Shown piece after piece: positions 28,245 through 41,746 of a stretch of DNA of 64,000 nucleotides. The stretch comes from Octopus sinensis. Lineage: Eukaryota. Position 1 is the first letter of the stretch; each line of letters opens with the position of its first letter. The stretch is taken from positions 43,338,001-43,402,000 of the forward strand of contig NC_043009.1 in the NCBI RefSeq assembly GCF_006345805.1, written 5' to 3'. Both the position numbers and the translations under genes were made by a program. The notes under the pieces were generated by a model. That model did no database searches. It worked only from the letters and a program-made list of their open reading frames with translations, and was not told where the DNA came from.

Positions 28245-28626
28245 GTGGTTGCTGCTGTTGTTTTTATTATTAATAGTATTAGTTCTTCATTATTTTCTCA
28301 TCCTGTCATTTTTCTCCTCCTTCTTACACTTTATGCCTAGTGTTTCCTTCTTCCCCTCTTTCTCCTACGCTACCTCCAGCTTCAATCCACATTATACCCA
28401 TTACAATCACCACTCCCTCACTAGAACCACAACCTCCACTACCATTTACATCATCACTACATATATTTCCCCACCACCACCACCATTTCTTCTCCTACTC
28501 TAGTGGTGGTGATTGTAGAGGTACCTTTATTTGCAATAGAAATTCTCAATTCTAGAATCAGTTACAGAATCTACCTATGTCCATCTACTTGCAAATATTC
28601 ATTCAACCATCTGAGCATCCACCCAC

Positions 28627-28851
28627 CCCCTCAGCCACCCAACCCCTCAATCCCCCCAATCCCTAATCCACTCAACCCCTCAACCACCCAACCCCTCAGC
28701 CACCCAACTCCTAAGCCACTCAACCCTTCAGCCACCCAACCCCTGAGCCACTCAACTCCTCAACCACCCAACCCCTAAGCCACCCAACCCCTCAGCCACC
28801 CAACCCCTCGGCCACTCAACCCCTAAGCCACCCAACCACTCAGCCACCCAT
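28627..28851. repeat. 16 bp C-rich minisatellite (cccctcagccacccaa), ~14 units
   Basis: Direct inspection. Confidence 0.9.
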
Positions 28852-29611
28852 CAAACCACTCTGCTACCCATCCATTTAACTTATGAATGAATGAAAACTT
28901 TTATTCTGATGACTGAGGGTCAAGATCTTTCATCCATGACCACCACTATCCATTTGTTGCACCATTATGCTCTGTTTCAGATAAATAGAATCTGTAGGCC
29001 CTAAGCTCTCATATCACCTGATTTACCATTGAGGGCTGACTCCCATAGCCTTTGCTTCTTTACAGTTACACCCAAGCAGTGAAGGTTTATGTTTGGAGTA
29101 CCCTTTCCCTAGTCTGTGTATCTTCCAAGGCTGCAAGGCAGGCCAACTGCATACTCAGGGGTAGCTGGGTACACTGTAGGGCCTTCTCATAAGAGCAAAG
29201 CTTTAACAAAGGGTACCTCCCTCCCAAGGGCTTTAATGTCCAGCATGCTGGACATTAATGTAACATCTAACCTATCTCACCATCAAAGCATCCAGCAGTT
29301 AACTGGCTTAACTAGCCATCCAAACATCCATTCATCTTGCCATTTAGGAATCTATCTATCTGGATGGTGAGATGAAGTGGAGGGTATCATCTTAATAATG
29401 TTAGCATCCACCCAACAAACAAGGAAGACATCAGAAGACTAAAATCATTCCTAAACTCCCCCACACCCAATGTTGCCAACCACCTTCCCTGACACCTCCT
29501 CTGCCCCACTCCCCATGACCACCATTATAACCATGACCTTTACCATCAATACTAACAGTGGTTGCTCGATCTGCAAGGAATAGTAGCCAAATTTCCCCTC
29601 AAATTATACTG

Positions 29612-29998
29612 TCTCTTTTAATCTTTTACTTGTTTCTGTCATTTGACTGTGGCCATGCTGCAGCACTGCCTTTAGTTGAGCAAATGAAGCCTAGGACTTA
29701 TTCTTTGTAAGCTTAGTACTTATTCCATCGGTCTCTTTGGCTGAACCCCTAAGTTACGTGGATGTAAACACACCACCATCAGTTGTCAAGCGATGTTGGG
29801 GGGACAAACACAGACACACAAACATATACACACACAGACATATATACATGCATATATACGATGGGCTTCTTTCAGTTTCCGTCAACCGAATCCACTCACA
29901 AGGCTTTGGTCGGCCCGAGGCTATAGTAGAAGACACTTGCCCAAGGTGCCACGCAGTGGGACTGAACCCGGAACCATGTGGTTTGTAAACAAGCTACA
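29612..29998 (-). mobile_element. SINE family B
   Basis: Reverse complement of the 8986 copy, 5' end slightly truncated. Confidence 0.9.
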
Positions 29999-30049
29999 TA
30001 TTATACTATTTTAAATAATGTGGGGTTATTGGATTATGAAGTCCGTAAT

Positions 30050-30495
30050 ATTGGTTTCAAATTTTGGCACGAGGCCTGCAATTTCAGAGGAGGGATCAAA
30101 TTGATTACATCAACACCAGTATGCAACTGGTACTTATTTTGTCAGCTCCATAAGGATGAAAGGCATAGTTGACCCCAGTGGAATTTGAACTCAGAACATA
30201 AGGACAGACGAAATTCCACAAAATGTTGTACCTGGTGTGCTAACTATTCAGCCACCTTGCTGCCTTGTGAGTTATTGGTTTCACATTTTGGCACAAGGCC
30301 AGCAGTTTTCATGGAGAGGGGGGACAAATTGATTACATCAACCCCAGTATTTGACTGGTACTTAATTTATTGACCCTGAAAGGATGAAAGGCAAAGTCAA
30401 CCTCCATGGAATTTGAACTCAGAGAATAAAGACAGATCAAATGCCGCTAAGCTTTTTGCCCAGCATGGTAACAGTTCTACCAACTCACTACCTCA
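30050..30495 (-). mobile_element. Two tandem SINE family A (tail type A3) copies
   Basis: Tail ggtttcaaattttggcac-aggcc at ~30052 and ~30278, each followed by the family A core. Confidence 0.8.
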
Positions 30496-30506
30496 TCTTA
30501 ATCTAT

Positions 30507-30850
30507 AACAAGAGCACTCAGAGAGCACAAACCTCTACCAAGGCAACACCAACATCCTCTCAATGATTAGCCAGAGATGATTTTTTTAAATGAGAATATC
30601 TGAAATGAACTCGACTGCTCTCACAAATGAGAATACTAAAAATGAACCCAATCGCTCCCAAAAATTAAATAAAAAAAACAAGAAAAATAATCCAGAGTCC
30701 TGGATCAATTCCAAAATCTAATTAGTTTGTGCCAGTCACAAGGGTAAACATCCCTGAAAGTTTCATCTGAATCCACCCAGCTATTCTTGGACAAGCAATA
30801 AACAAACACAAATGAAAACAATACCTCTGCTTTGCTAAGGCAGAGGTAAT
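30507..30850 (+). mobile_element. Helentron/DINE-1-like non-autonomous element (HINE-like)
   Basis: Starts aacaagagc; 5' acctctaccaagg resembles the 3' stem; (AAAC)n near the 3' end; 12 bp 3' stem-loop at 30822-30848; no TSD seen. Confidence 0.55.
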
Positions 30851-31091
30851 AATAAATGCTAAATTTTATCTGTCCATCTGGGACCCCTGTAACTCAGTGT
30901 ACATTTGCTCAATCCTGGGATTGAAAATCTGCCCCTTCATTTGGTTTTTGAACACCCAGCATTGGGATCAGTTCTGGATGTGGATTTGTTACATGCTAAC
31001 AGTTGAAAATTTAAATTTTAAAAGAACTCTAAAAATTTAAGAACTTACAAGTTTTCCATTTCAAGTGAATTTAAAGTAATATCATATTGGT

Positions 31092-31476
31092 CTTCTTCTT
31101 CTTAATCCTTTTTGCCCCATGTGGAGCATAGGGCCCCAACAGTTGTTTTCCACTTCTTGCAGTCATTGGCGTGTTTCTTGGCTGCTTCCCATGTCAAGCG
31201 GGTGGTCCTGAGCTCGTTAAAACACTCCGCTTCCATGTCTGCTTTGGGCATCCTCGCTTCTTTTCCCCTGCAAGTTCCAGTCAAGTGCTTGTCGTGTCAC
31301 ATTTGAGGGTTCTTTACGCAGTGCGTGTCCAATCCAGCTCCATTTCCTTTCGTCTAATCTGAACATGTATGGGATCCTGGTTGGCCCTTTCCCACAGGTC
31401 GGTGTTTGGCACTCTGTCGAACCACTTCAGATGGAGGATCTGCCAGAGACATATTGGTAGGGTACCAATAAATGTT
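31092..31476 (-). pseudogene. RTE-clade LINE 3' end with (AAG)n tail
   Basis: CLWQILHLKWFDRVPNTDLWERANQDPIHVQIRR, WSWIGHALRKEPSNVTRQALDWNLQGKR, KKWKTTVGALCSTWGKKD*. Confidence 0.9.
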
Positions 31477-32217
31477 TTATTATTATTATTATTATTGCTC
31501 ACTTTAGTTTGGGGCTGCAGGTCCAGTTAGCCCTCCACAGGTGCCAGCTTCAAAGTACTCATGAGGTGTGGCTTTTAAGCTAGTATTAAAATAAATGTGA
31601 TTGCCATGGTGGAAATGTCTTTGCTCATTGGTTGTTTATTACCAATTGACCTAGATTTAGACAACAATTATGACAACAGAACCACCAGCACCACCATTAT
31701 CTATAATATTACCACAGAGGTAATGAAAGAATCTTTAGTGGGTGTATTGGACTGCTAGAAAGATCACATAAACCTCTCTAAAATTTTATCCTGATGTTTT
31801 AATGAAGGAAGGACATATTGGGTAATTTAGCCTCGGATTTATAAAAGGAGTGGGGTGGTCACAGCTAGAACGTTAGACAATTTAATCAGGGTTGGCATGG
31901 AGATTAATCAATAACAACATCAACAACAATAGTACATACAACACCACTGACATCATAACCACCAGAAACACTATGGCTTTCACCACCAACATGAATACCA
32001 GTGCCAGCACCATCTGCAATACTAACACCACAACCAGCACCTCCAACACTGCCATCACCAAAACAACCACCACCAATACCATTACTGCCACCATCACCAA
32101 TAGCAACAACAACGTCAGAAATGTTACAAAACCAATAACAACAATACCACAATGTCAAAATGTTGGTGCCTCTATATGGACATTTGACCTGTTAGATATA
32201 ACTCCCATTTCTCTCTT

Positions 32218-32421
32218 TGCTCTTACTTGTTTCAGTCATTTGACTGCGGCCATGCTGGAGCACCACCTTTTTCAGTCGAGCAAATCGATTCCAGGACTTA
32301 TTCTTTGTTAGCCTAATACTTATTCTATCGGTCTCTTTTGCCGAACCGCTAAGTTATGTGGACGTGAACACACCAGCATTGGTTGTCAAGCGATGTTGGG
32401 GGGACAAACACAGACACACAA

Positions 32422-32463
<42 letters not shown>

Positions 32464-32630
32464 GCATATATATGACAGGCTTCTTTCAGTTTCCATCTAC
32501 CAAATCCACTCACAAGGCTTTGGTCGGCCCGAGGCTATAGTAGAAGACACTTGCCCAAGGTGCCATGCAGTGGGACTGAACACCGAACCATGTAGTTGGT
32601 AAGCAAGCTACTTACCACACAGCCACTCCT
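32218..32630 (-). mobile_element. SINE family B, full length
   Basis: Matches the 8986 copy; central (CA)n(TA)n. Confidence 0.92.
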
Positions 32631-33269
32631 GCGCCTATAACAGGCAAAATCCCTCATATCACACCTTACTTTTTTACAAAAACATGTCCATTGACACATT
32701 GGATGTTGTAGTCTTCGCGACACCCTTATAAGACATGAATGACCATGGTTGCAATGTCTTTGGTCAATGTCTGTTTGACCAGGGTTAACCTTGGATTGAA
32801 TACCACCAGTATTTTGTGACCACCATCACCACCACCGATACCAGCTGATTGAAAACGACAGCTAAAACTGCCACAAAAGTGTGCCCAAACTAAAAATCAC
32901 CTTCCATAGCCTTCTTCTGCCACCACAACCTACACCACCACCACCACCACCAACACCAACACCAACACCAACAACCACCACCAACAACACCATCATCGCC
33001 GACAATGCTGTGCATTGCACGTACAAAGCCGTATGCAAGAAGAAAGAAGAAAAAGAAGACGAAGAAGGAGAAGAAGGAGAAGAAGAAGAAGAAGAAGAAG
33101 AAGAAGAAGAAGAAGAAGAAGAAGAAGAAGAAGAAGAAGAAGAAGAAGGTGATGATGATGATGCTGATGATGCTGATGATGATGATGAAGACGATGAAGG
33201 AGGGCGGCAATAGGCATTAATTGCGTTCTGTTGGTCTTAGAGTAGAATTCCTCTTGAGCTATGAGTCAG

Positions 33270-33328
33270 TTGTGTTAATCATGGATACACAATAGTTGGT
33301 TCCCTCTACCCCCCCACCGCACCCCCAC

Positions 33329-33374
<46 letters not shown>

Positions 33375-33800
33375 TTCCTCTTTCTCTTTTTTTTTCCTAT
33401 CTATCTCAATCCTCTTCTGTCCCTTCTCTCACTCTCTCACACTCTCTCTCTCTCTTTCTCTTTCTTCCTTGTCCCAATGTGTTAATCATGAACATACAAT
33501 AGGTCTTTCTTTTCTCCCTCTCATCTCTCTCTCTCTCAATCTCTCTCCCATTCTCTCTCTCTCTCTCTCTCTCATTCCCCCACGTCTTTTTCCTCTCTCA
33601 ATCCTCCATCCTCTTTTCTCATACTCTCTCTCTTTCTCTTTCTCTCATGCTCTTCTTCCTTGTCCCAATGTGTTAATCACGAATGTACAATAAGTCTCTC
33701 CTCTCCCTCTCTTCTTCCTTGCTCTCCCTCTCTCTCTCTCCCTCTCACCCCCCCCACCGCTCTCTTCTCTCTCTCTCTCCTGCTAGTCCCAATGCATAGG
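33270..33800. repeat. ~190 bp composite tandem repeat: (CT)n plus a unique core
   Basis: Core gtcccaatgtgttaatca(t/c)gaa at ~33470 and ~33662, with partial cores at ~33272 and ~33786. Confidence 0.75.
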
Positions 33801-34452
33801 AATGTCGTGTCGGTATTGATCCTGCTCTCAGATAATACTCTCACTGATGAGTCAATTAAATCTCATTGTATTCTTCTGGCCTACCTTTCTATATTAAGCA
33901 GGCACACACCACATATTCCATGAACAAAATTATGATGGCCATTCTTTAACAATCAATTCTCCACACAGCTCTGGGATGACAAAGAATGCCTTTGGTCGGC
34001 CTATTGTAGCTGACATTGGGAAAAGTGAAAAATTAGCCTTGGTTCGTTGTTAGTGCATCGGTTAGTATTGTTTGTGGCGTACGTCTGTGTCTGTCGCTGT
34101 CTCTCTTTCTCTGTCTGTCTGTGTTCAGTGCTTCAGTGTCTTTAGCTCTACCATCTCTGAATGCGTGTGTTTGTGAGTGTATGTGTGTGTGTGTGTGTGT
34201 GTATGTGTGTGCAAGTAGGTGTGTGTGTTTGTATGGATAGGTATATGTATATGTGTGTGCGTGCATATATTATATATATATACATATGCACACACACATA
34301 TACACACATATATACATACACATATATACATGTAAATATATATATATAGTCATGTACGTTTGTATGTATATATATATATACAACACACACACATATATTT
34401 ATATATTTATATATGTTTATGTTCACATATATGTGATGTGTGTTTATATGAA

Positions 34453-34485
<33 letters not shown>

Positions 34486-35364
34486 TATGTGTGTGTGTGT
34501 ATGTGTGTGTATATATATGTATGCATGTGTGTATAAGTACATGTGTATGTGTATAAGTGTGCATGTCATTGTGCCATTGTGTGGATACCATTGTGTCCAT
34601 ATGTGTGAGGGTGTGTGTCTGTGTGTATGGTGTGTGCTGTGACTGAATGAATACATACAGGGTAAATGTCTTTTACTTTTTTTTCTTCTCTTCTTTCCTC
34701 TCCACCTTTTAGTTCCTCTCATCAATATCTACTTTTCACTTAGTTTCTCAACAAGCAATGAGAGAGAGAAATTATCGCTGATTTCAGGGGGAAACTGCTA
34801 AACGCATCATCACACTGTCACAGCATTCGTTCATCCACCCTGCTTTCCTGGCGCCCACCTGCCCAGCCCTAAACCGCACTAGTTGACGTTTCTGTTTCTT
34901 CAGCCGAGAGGTCTTGTAAGCACGGTGTGGTGGACAACGAGGGAGGAGAGGGTTAGGAAAACAGATGAAGGATTGTGAAAGGAGGAGGGAAAGAAAAACT
35001 AAAACAAACAAACAAAAAAAAAGACAAGAAAAAGAGGAAGAGTGAGGGTTGGGGTGTGTGGTGGTGGGGGAAGAAGAGGCGAAGGAAAAAGGAAAAGGAA
35101 AAGGAGAGTCAACACACTGAAGGAGACACAAATAAAGATATGCACACATGCACATGTGTACATTGACACACATGCTTGCACACATATACTGATATGCACG
35201 CATGCACACTTGTACGTATGTGCATATTGACATACACACTCTCACACACACACACGCACACACGTGTGAAAAGAGGGGTGGAGAATGACAACAATAATAG
35301 TAATACAACAATGCTAATAGTCATAACAAGAACAATAACAACAACAGCAATCACAATAATAATA

Positions 35365-35419
<55 letters not shown>

Positions 35420-35464
35420 TAATATCTAATTATCATAATAATTATTACTGTTTAAAAATAAACT

Positions 35465-35516
<52 letters not shown>

Positions 35517-37454
35517 TAATAATAAGGATGATGGAGCTGATGATAATAATAATTATAATTATAACTAATTGCTATAGCAATTTTAAATTGAAACAAAAAT
35601 GATGAGAGGGTAAAGAGGGGGAAAATAAACAACAATAACAAGAGCAGTAGCAGCAGCAGCAGCAGCAACAATACAACAGCAACAATAACAATAACAACAG
35701 CAACAATAACAATGTAAGGATAACAGTAAAGGCATCAGTCTGCAAAAGTGTGCACATTCTTTCAGTCGTAGAATTCGTTTTAAAAGCACATGGATTGACC
35801 GAGAGAGGAATTCTTTCTCAACTGGTTCTACCTTACCAAAAATTTTTGTCTTCTCTTTCTTCAACATACATCTTTTAATTTCTTTTTATTGGTACTTACC
35901 AATTTCTGATTTTTATATATATATATATATAAAAGACCTGAAACGAAATACTAAAAGACATACAACATAAATTAAGGAGAATTTAAAAGAAGAAAAGAGT
36001 GCTTACCGCGAAAGGAAATTTACGTTCGTTAAGCACCACAAAACAAAACAAAAAAAAAAAATAGACCCAAATTATTTGAAAAACTGAATGGTGATAGCAT
36101 TAACTTTGTTTATTTGTTGTTTGTTGTTGTTGTTGACTGTTTGTGTTTGCTTCATTTTTGGCGTGTTTTACTTTTTTTTTTTTAAATGTATATTAATTAT
36201 TATTGTTGTGTTTTCAATTTTTGAAAGTATTATTCTCCACCTCGACCACCACCACCACCCCCCCATCTTATCTATTAGTCAATCAAATCAAAGGGAAAAC
36301 AAAACACATTGATCAGCAATCACCCAAACAACCAAACAACAATACATACTTTCATCTTTCAAATCTATATTGTAGTTGTTGTTGTTGTTTGTTTGTTTGA
36401 TTCTTCTTCTTCTTTTTCTCCTTCTTCTTCTTCTTCTTCTTCTTCTTCTTCTTCTTCTTCTTCTTCGTCTTCTTCTTCTTCTTCTTCTTTTTCTTCTTCT
36501 TCTTCATCTCCTCCTTGTGGTTTAAATTTCTTAATTTGTGATTGTAGAGATTTTTCTAAAAATATTAAATACTTTAATATATATTTACTACTTTTTCATT
36601 GATTGCATATACATACATACATACATTTGTATGTATGTATATATATATATATATATATTTGTGTATATACATAAATCTACATACATACATATATATATAC
36701 ACAGACACATTTATATATATATGTATATATATATACACATATGTATATATACGTATAAAGATATATATACATACATATATACATATATATACATACATAC
36801 ATACATATATATATATATATTCACATACACATATATATATACATACATGTATGTATGTATGTATGTATGTATATATACTTTCTACTAATTTTAATGCCAG
36901 AAGTTACAAACTATCATGCACAAAACTCTCAATTCTTGATTTAGTTTGTAATCCCTACCTCTTCAAAAAACAATAACGACTAATATATATGCATATATAT
37001 GTATGTGTTTGTATTTGTGTGTGCATGTGCATGCGTGTGTGTGTGTGTGTTTGCGCATTATCATACTCCACCACCACCACCACCACCACCACAACTACAC
37101 ATTTTGCATATGTTTACAACAACAACCAAACAATAATAATACGGTCTTTTGAATTTTCCCTGTTGTCCGTATCTGTTTTGTTTTCGGTGAGATTTCCGTC
37201 TTCTTCATATACTTTTGTTTTGATACTCGTGTTTTTACCGTATCAGCAGTTAGTTACCTGATCAAACTCACGCTAACTTTTTTTCTTAATCTAATTTTTT
37301 TTTTTGTTTACCTGCTATTGTGATGATGCAATGCGAGAGAAATAAAGCACCTTTAACTTTAAGCAACAATAAACACATAGATTATCATTATCATCATCAT
37401 CATCATCATCATCATTATCATCATCATTATTATTGTCATTATTATTATTATTAC

Positions 37455-37485
<31 letters not shown>

Positions 37486-37536
37486 TTATCATCATCATCA
37501 TCATCATCATCATTATCATCATCATCATTATTATTG

Positions 37537-37589
<53 letters not shown>

Positions 37590-37675
37590 ATCATTATTAT
37601 TATTATTATCATTATCATCATCATCATCATTATCATCATTATCATCATCATCATTATTATTGTCATTATTATTAA

Positions 37676-37714
<39 letters not shown>

Positions 37715-37736
37715 CATCATCATTGTTTTTATTATT

Positions 37737-37951
37737 GAGGCAGCAAGCTGGCAGAATCGTTAGCGCACTAGGCAAAATGCTTTGCGGCATTTCGTCTGTC
37801 TTTATGTTCCGAGTTCAAATTCTGCTGAGGTCAGCTTTGCCTTCCATCTTTTCGGGGTCGATGAATTAAGTACCAGTCAAGTACTGGGGTTGATGTGATC
37901 AACTTTCCCCCATCCCCCAAAATTTCAGGCCTTATGCTTAATGTAGAGAAG

Positions 37952-37952
<1 letters not shown>
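37737..37952 (+). mobile_element. SINE family A2 between (ATT)n arrays
   Basis: Full head, core and A2 tail. Confidence 0.88.
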
Positions 37953-38004
<52 letters not shown>

Positions 38005-38340
38005 TGTTGTTGTTGTTGTTGTTGTTGTATTATAATCGCTACTATTATTGTTGTAGTAGTTGCTGATATTGTACGAGAAACTGTTATTATTATGCTTGTT
38101 GTTATTGTTGTTGCTGTCAATATACCTGTCACACAATATTCTAACCATCAATGCTTGATAGAATAAAATAAAGTACCAGTCACACACTGTAGGAAAAGGG
38201 TTGATGTAACTGGCTTTCCTTCTCCTCAAGATTTGTGGCCTGGTGCCTATGTTATAAATAATCATCATTATCATCATCATTATTATTGTCATCGTTTTCA
38301 TCAGTGTTGCTGTCATCAGTTACTGTTGTTATTTATATTT

Positions 38341-38386
<46 letters not shown>

Positions 38387-38492
38387 CATTATTATTATTG
38401 TTATCATTATTATTATTATTATCATTATTATTATTATCAATATTATTATTATTATCATCATCATTATCATCATCATTATTATTATTATTATT

Positions 38493-39053
38493 GAGTGAGA
38501 GAGCAGTGCATGCCATCAAAGTGACACTGGGGTAAAATATACGAAGCCCAGTATACCCATCATGACTAACCATCTGATAAGGGTACACCAGGCACATGCA
38601 TCTCAACCATATGTGCACTACATGGTGATCTCATATCAATATAAACAGCACATGACTTTGCAAGTGGGGCCCAGTTAAAATTTTCTTTAGGCCGAGTAGC
38701 CCATCCTGCTCAAAAGGTCCCTGAATAAGGGTTGTTTAAGGAGGTTGAATGAAAAAACACCCATATTTCCAGAGGTGGTGAATTATTCAAACCCCAAAGA
38801 ATCCCTCTCAACACATGGCTATGACGCTCTCCCACTACTTCTGCGTGTGATCAGAGATGCACATATTGTCAGCCACTAAGGGACATGCTTAACTGGTTAA
38901 GGTCAAACAACTGACAAGCAAATCTGTGGCATTGAGCAGAATATTTTGGTAGCCCATCTTTTATACCAAGACAAAAACAATGTACATGATAACACTTCCA
39001 ATCAGTTAAGATCAGAAGCCATGAGAGCCACTGCCTGGTACTGCATCAGGGCA
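38493..39053 (-). mobile_element. ~560 bp non-coding element embedded in (AAT)n, copy 1
   Basis: Aligns end to end with 44008-44563; flanked by (ATT)n on both sides; no long ORF. Confidence 0.85.
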
Positions 39054-39070
39054 TTATTGTTATTATTAAA

Positions 39071-39102
<32 letters not shown>

Positions 39103-39743
39103 CAAGGTGGTGGTTCAAATTTTGCTGAGGTTGACTTTGCCTTCCATTCATTTGAGGTCGATAAATTAAGTACCAGTGAAATACTGGGGTTCATGAAATT
39201 GACTTGTCCCCTCCCCTAAAATTTCAGGCCTTGTGCTTATAGTAGACAGGATTATTATTATTATTAATTTTATTAGAGGCTGTATGGTGGATGAGATTGA
39301 AGGGGCTGAAGACAAACACTTGTCTCTTTGGCCAATCCCTGATGAACTTCTTCAAGTTTCACTTGAAAAGAAAAATAAGGGTAGAGAAGGAAGAGTAGTC
39401 CTCAAGCCATTTTGCTGAAAGGTGGATGAAAGTGGCAAGAATGATGCGAGTGAATGGGCCTGCTCTGAGTATACGCCTTTAGTTGGAGAAAAGGGGGAAA
39501 AAAAGGCACCTGCCCCAAAAGTCAGAGTACCCATGGTTTTTTTATGGGATTTTTCTATGAGCAGCCCTCGACTGTCTCCTCTCTATTGAGGATCACACAT
39601 TGTTGATTTTTTAAAATTTTGTTTGTGCAAAACCCTTACAACATGCACTCACACACATTCTTTGTTTTGACCTATGCAGTCCATAATGTTTTTCTTATAC
39701 TCTCCTATTATTATTATTGTTGTTGTTGTTGTTACTATTATTA

Positions 39744-39967
39744 GGGGGCAAGCTGGCAGAATCATTAAAATGCTAGAAGAAATGCTTAGCAGTATTTTGC
39801 CTTTCTCAAACATTCTGAGTTCAAATTCTGCCGAGGTCAACTTTGCCTTTCATCCTTTCAAGATCGATTAAATAAGTACCTGTTACCCACTGAAGTTGAT
39901 ATAATCGACTTAATCCTTCCCCCAAGCTGCCCTTGGGGCAAAAAATTTGAAATCATCATTATTGTTG

Positions 39968-40034
<67 letters not shown>

Positions 40035-40245
40035 GAAGGCAGTGAGCAGGCAGAATCGTTAGCATGCCAAGCGAAATACTTAGTAGTATTTCACCTGTCG
40101 CAACGTTCTGAGTTCAAATTCTGCTGAGTTCTACTTTGCCTTTCATCCTTTCGGAGTTGATAGAATAAGTACCAGTTATACACTGGGGTCGATGTAATCA
40201 ACTCATCGCCTCCCCCAAAATTGCTGCTCTTGTGGCAAAATTTAT
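39744..40245 (+). mobile_element. Two SINE family A copies separated by (ATT)n
   Basis: Copies at ~39744-39955 and ~40035-40245. Confidence 0.85.
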
Positions 40246-40278
40246 TATTATTATTATTATTATCATTATTATTATTAA

Positions 40279-40318
<40 letters not shown>

Positions 40319-41004
40319 GCTATTATTATTATTATCATTATTATTATTATTGTCATCGTGTTTTCATCACTTTCCTGCATGGACATGTATTGGATGTGTA
40401 TGCATAGTTGTATGTTCTGTAGAGTGTAAGTAGTGTTTTAGTGCATGCATGTGTGTGTGTGTACATGCGAGTGTGCATGTGCATGCATGCCTACATGTGT
40501 CTTCAACACATGTGTCTGTGTGTGGTTTCATGTGTGTGTGTGTGTGAGTGCGTGTGAGTGTGTGTGTGCGTGTGTGTGTGTGTGGTGACATCTGTTGGTG
40601 ATGCTGCATTTTTTAAACCACAGGTCAGCCCTGATCGAGAAGACTTATGATCAAAAGCATCCATTCCAACGATGACCATCTCATTCTTTTACATATATGT
40701 ATGGCTACATTATCTAATGTATCCTCTTCCATACTGTATAGTAGGGAATGAAATTTGAGAGAGATTTGGTTTCTATTTCTAGTTGAGCAAAAGAAGAAAA
40801 TCACACATGCGGGCTCCCTCATTCCTTTTATTGAATTCACTTTTTATTATTTCATTTGTCTCTTGTTTTTATTTGCATTGTGTATCTGGAGAAGCAGTTG
40901 TTTGAGCCAAGATCAGCTCTGATTAAACATACTGAGGGATGGGTCATTATGCTACGAAAACTTTTCAGTTGTGTTATAAAATCATCAAGCCATAGCATCA
41001 TCTC

Positions 41005-41235
41005 TCTCTTTACTCTTTTACTCTTTTACTTGCTTCAGTCATATGACTGTGGCCATGCTGGAGCACCACCCTTAGTCGCGCAAATCGACCCCAGGACGTA
41101 TTCTTTGTAAGCCTAGTACTTATTCTATTGGCCTGTTTTGCCGAACATCTAAGTTACGGGGTCGCAAACACACCAGCATCGGTTGTCAAGCGATGTTGGG
41201 GGGGACAAACACAGACACACAAACATATATACACA

Positions 41236-41271
<36 letters not shown>

Positions 41272-41443
41272 TATATACATATATACGATGGGCTTCTTTC
41301 AGTTTCCGTCTACTAAATCCACTCAATAGGCTTTGGTCGACCCGAGGCTATAGTAGAAGACACTTACCCAAGGTGCCATGCAGTGGGACTGAACCGGGAA
41401 CCATGTGGTTCGTAAGCAAGCTACTTACCATACAGCCACTCCT
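41005..41443 (-). mobile_element. SINE family B, full length
   Basis: Matches family B; central (CATA)n(TA)n. Confidence 0.92.
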
Positions 41444-41509
41444 ACGTCATCATCATCATCATTTTTATTATTATTATAATTGTTTTTATTATTATTATTA
41501 TTATTATTA

Positions 41510-41727
41510 CTAAGGTGGTGAACTGGCAGAATCGTTAGCACACTGGACGAAATACTTAGCTGTATTTCATCTGTTGCTACATTCTGAGTTCAAATTTTGT
41601 CATGGTCATCTTTGCCATTTATACTTTTGGGGATGATAAAATAAGTACCGGTCAAGTACTGAGGTCAATGTGATCAGTTATCCCCCTCCCCTCAAATTCC
41701 AGGTCTTTTGTCTATAGTAGAAAGGAT
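41510..41727 (+). mobile_element. SINE family A2
   Basis: Head, core and tail ending aaaggattatt. Confidence 0.85.
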
Positions 41728-41746
41728 TATTATTATTATTATTATT

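Noticed and set aside
29090-29260. Possible RTE 5' UTR remnant
   Set aside because: Resemblance is from memory only, with no adjoining coding sequence.
38990-39053. Ribozyme or snRNA origin for the 5' end of the ~560 bp element
   Set aside because: CTGATGC lacks a downstream GAAA, no HDV P1 partner is nearby, and the U2 resemblance needs large gaps.
39335-39375. CTGATGA...GAAA spacing suggestive of a hammerhead
   Set aside because: Seven unpaired bases lie between the 4 bp stem and GAAA, and there are no stems I or III.
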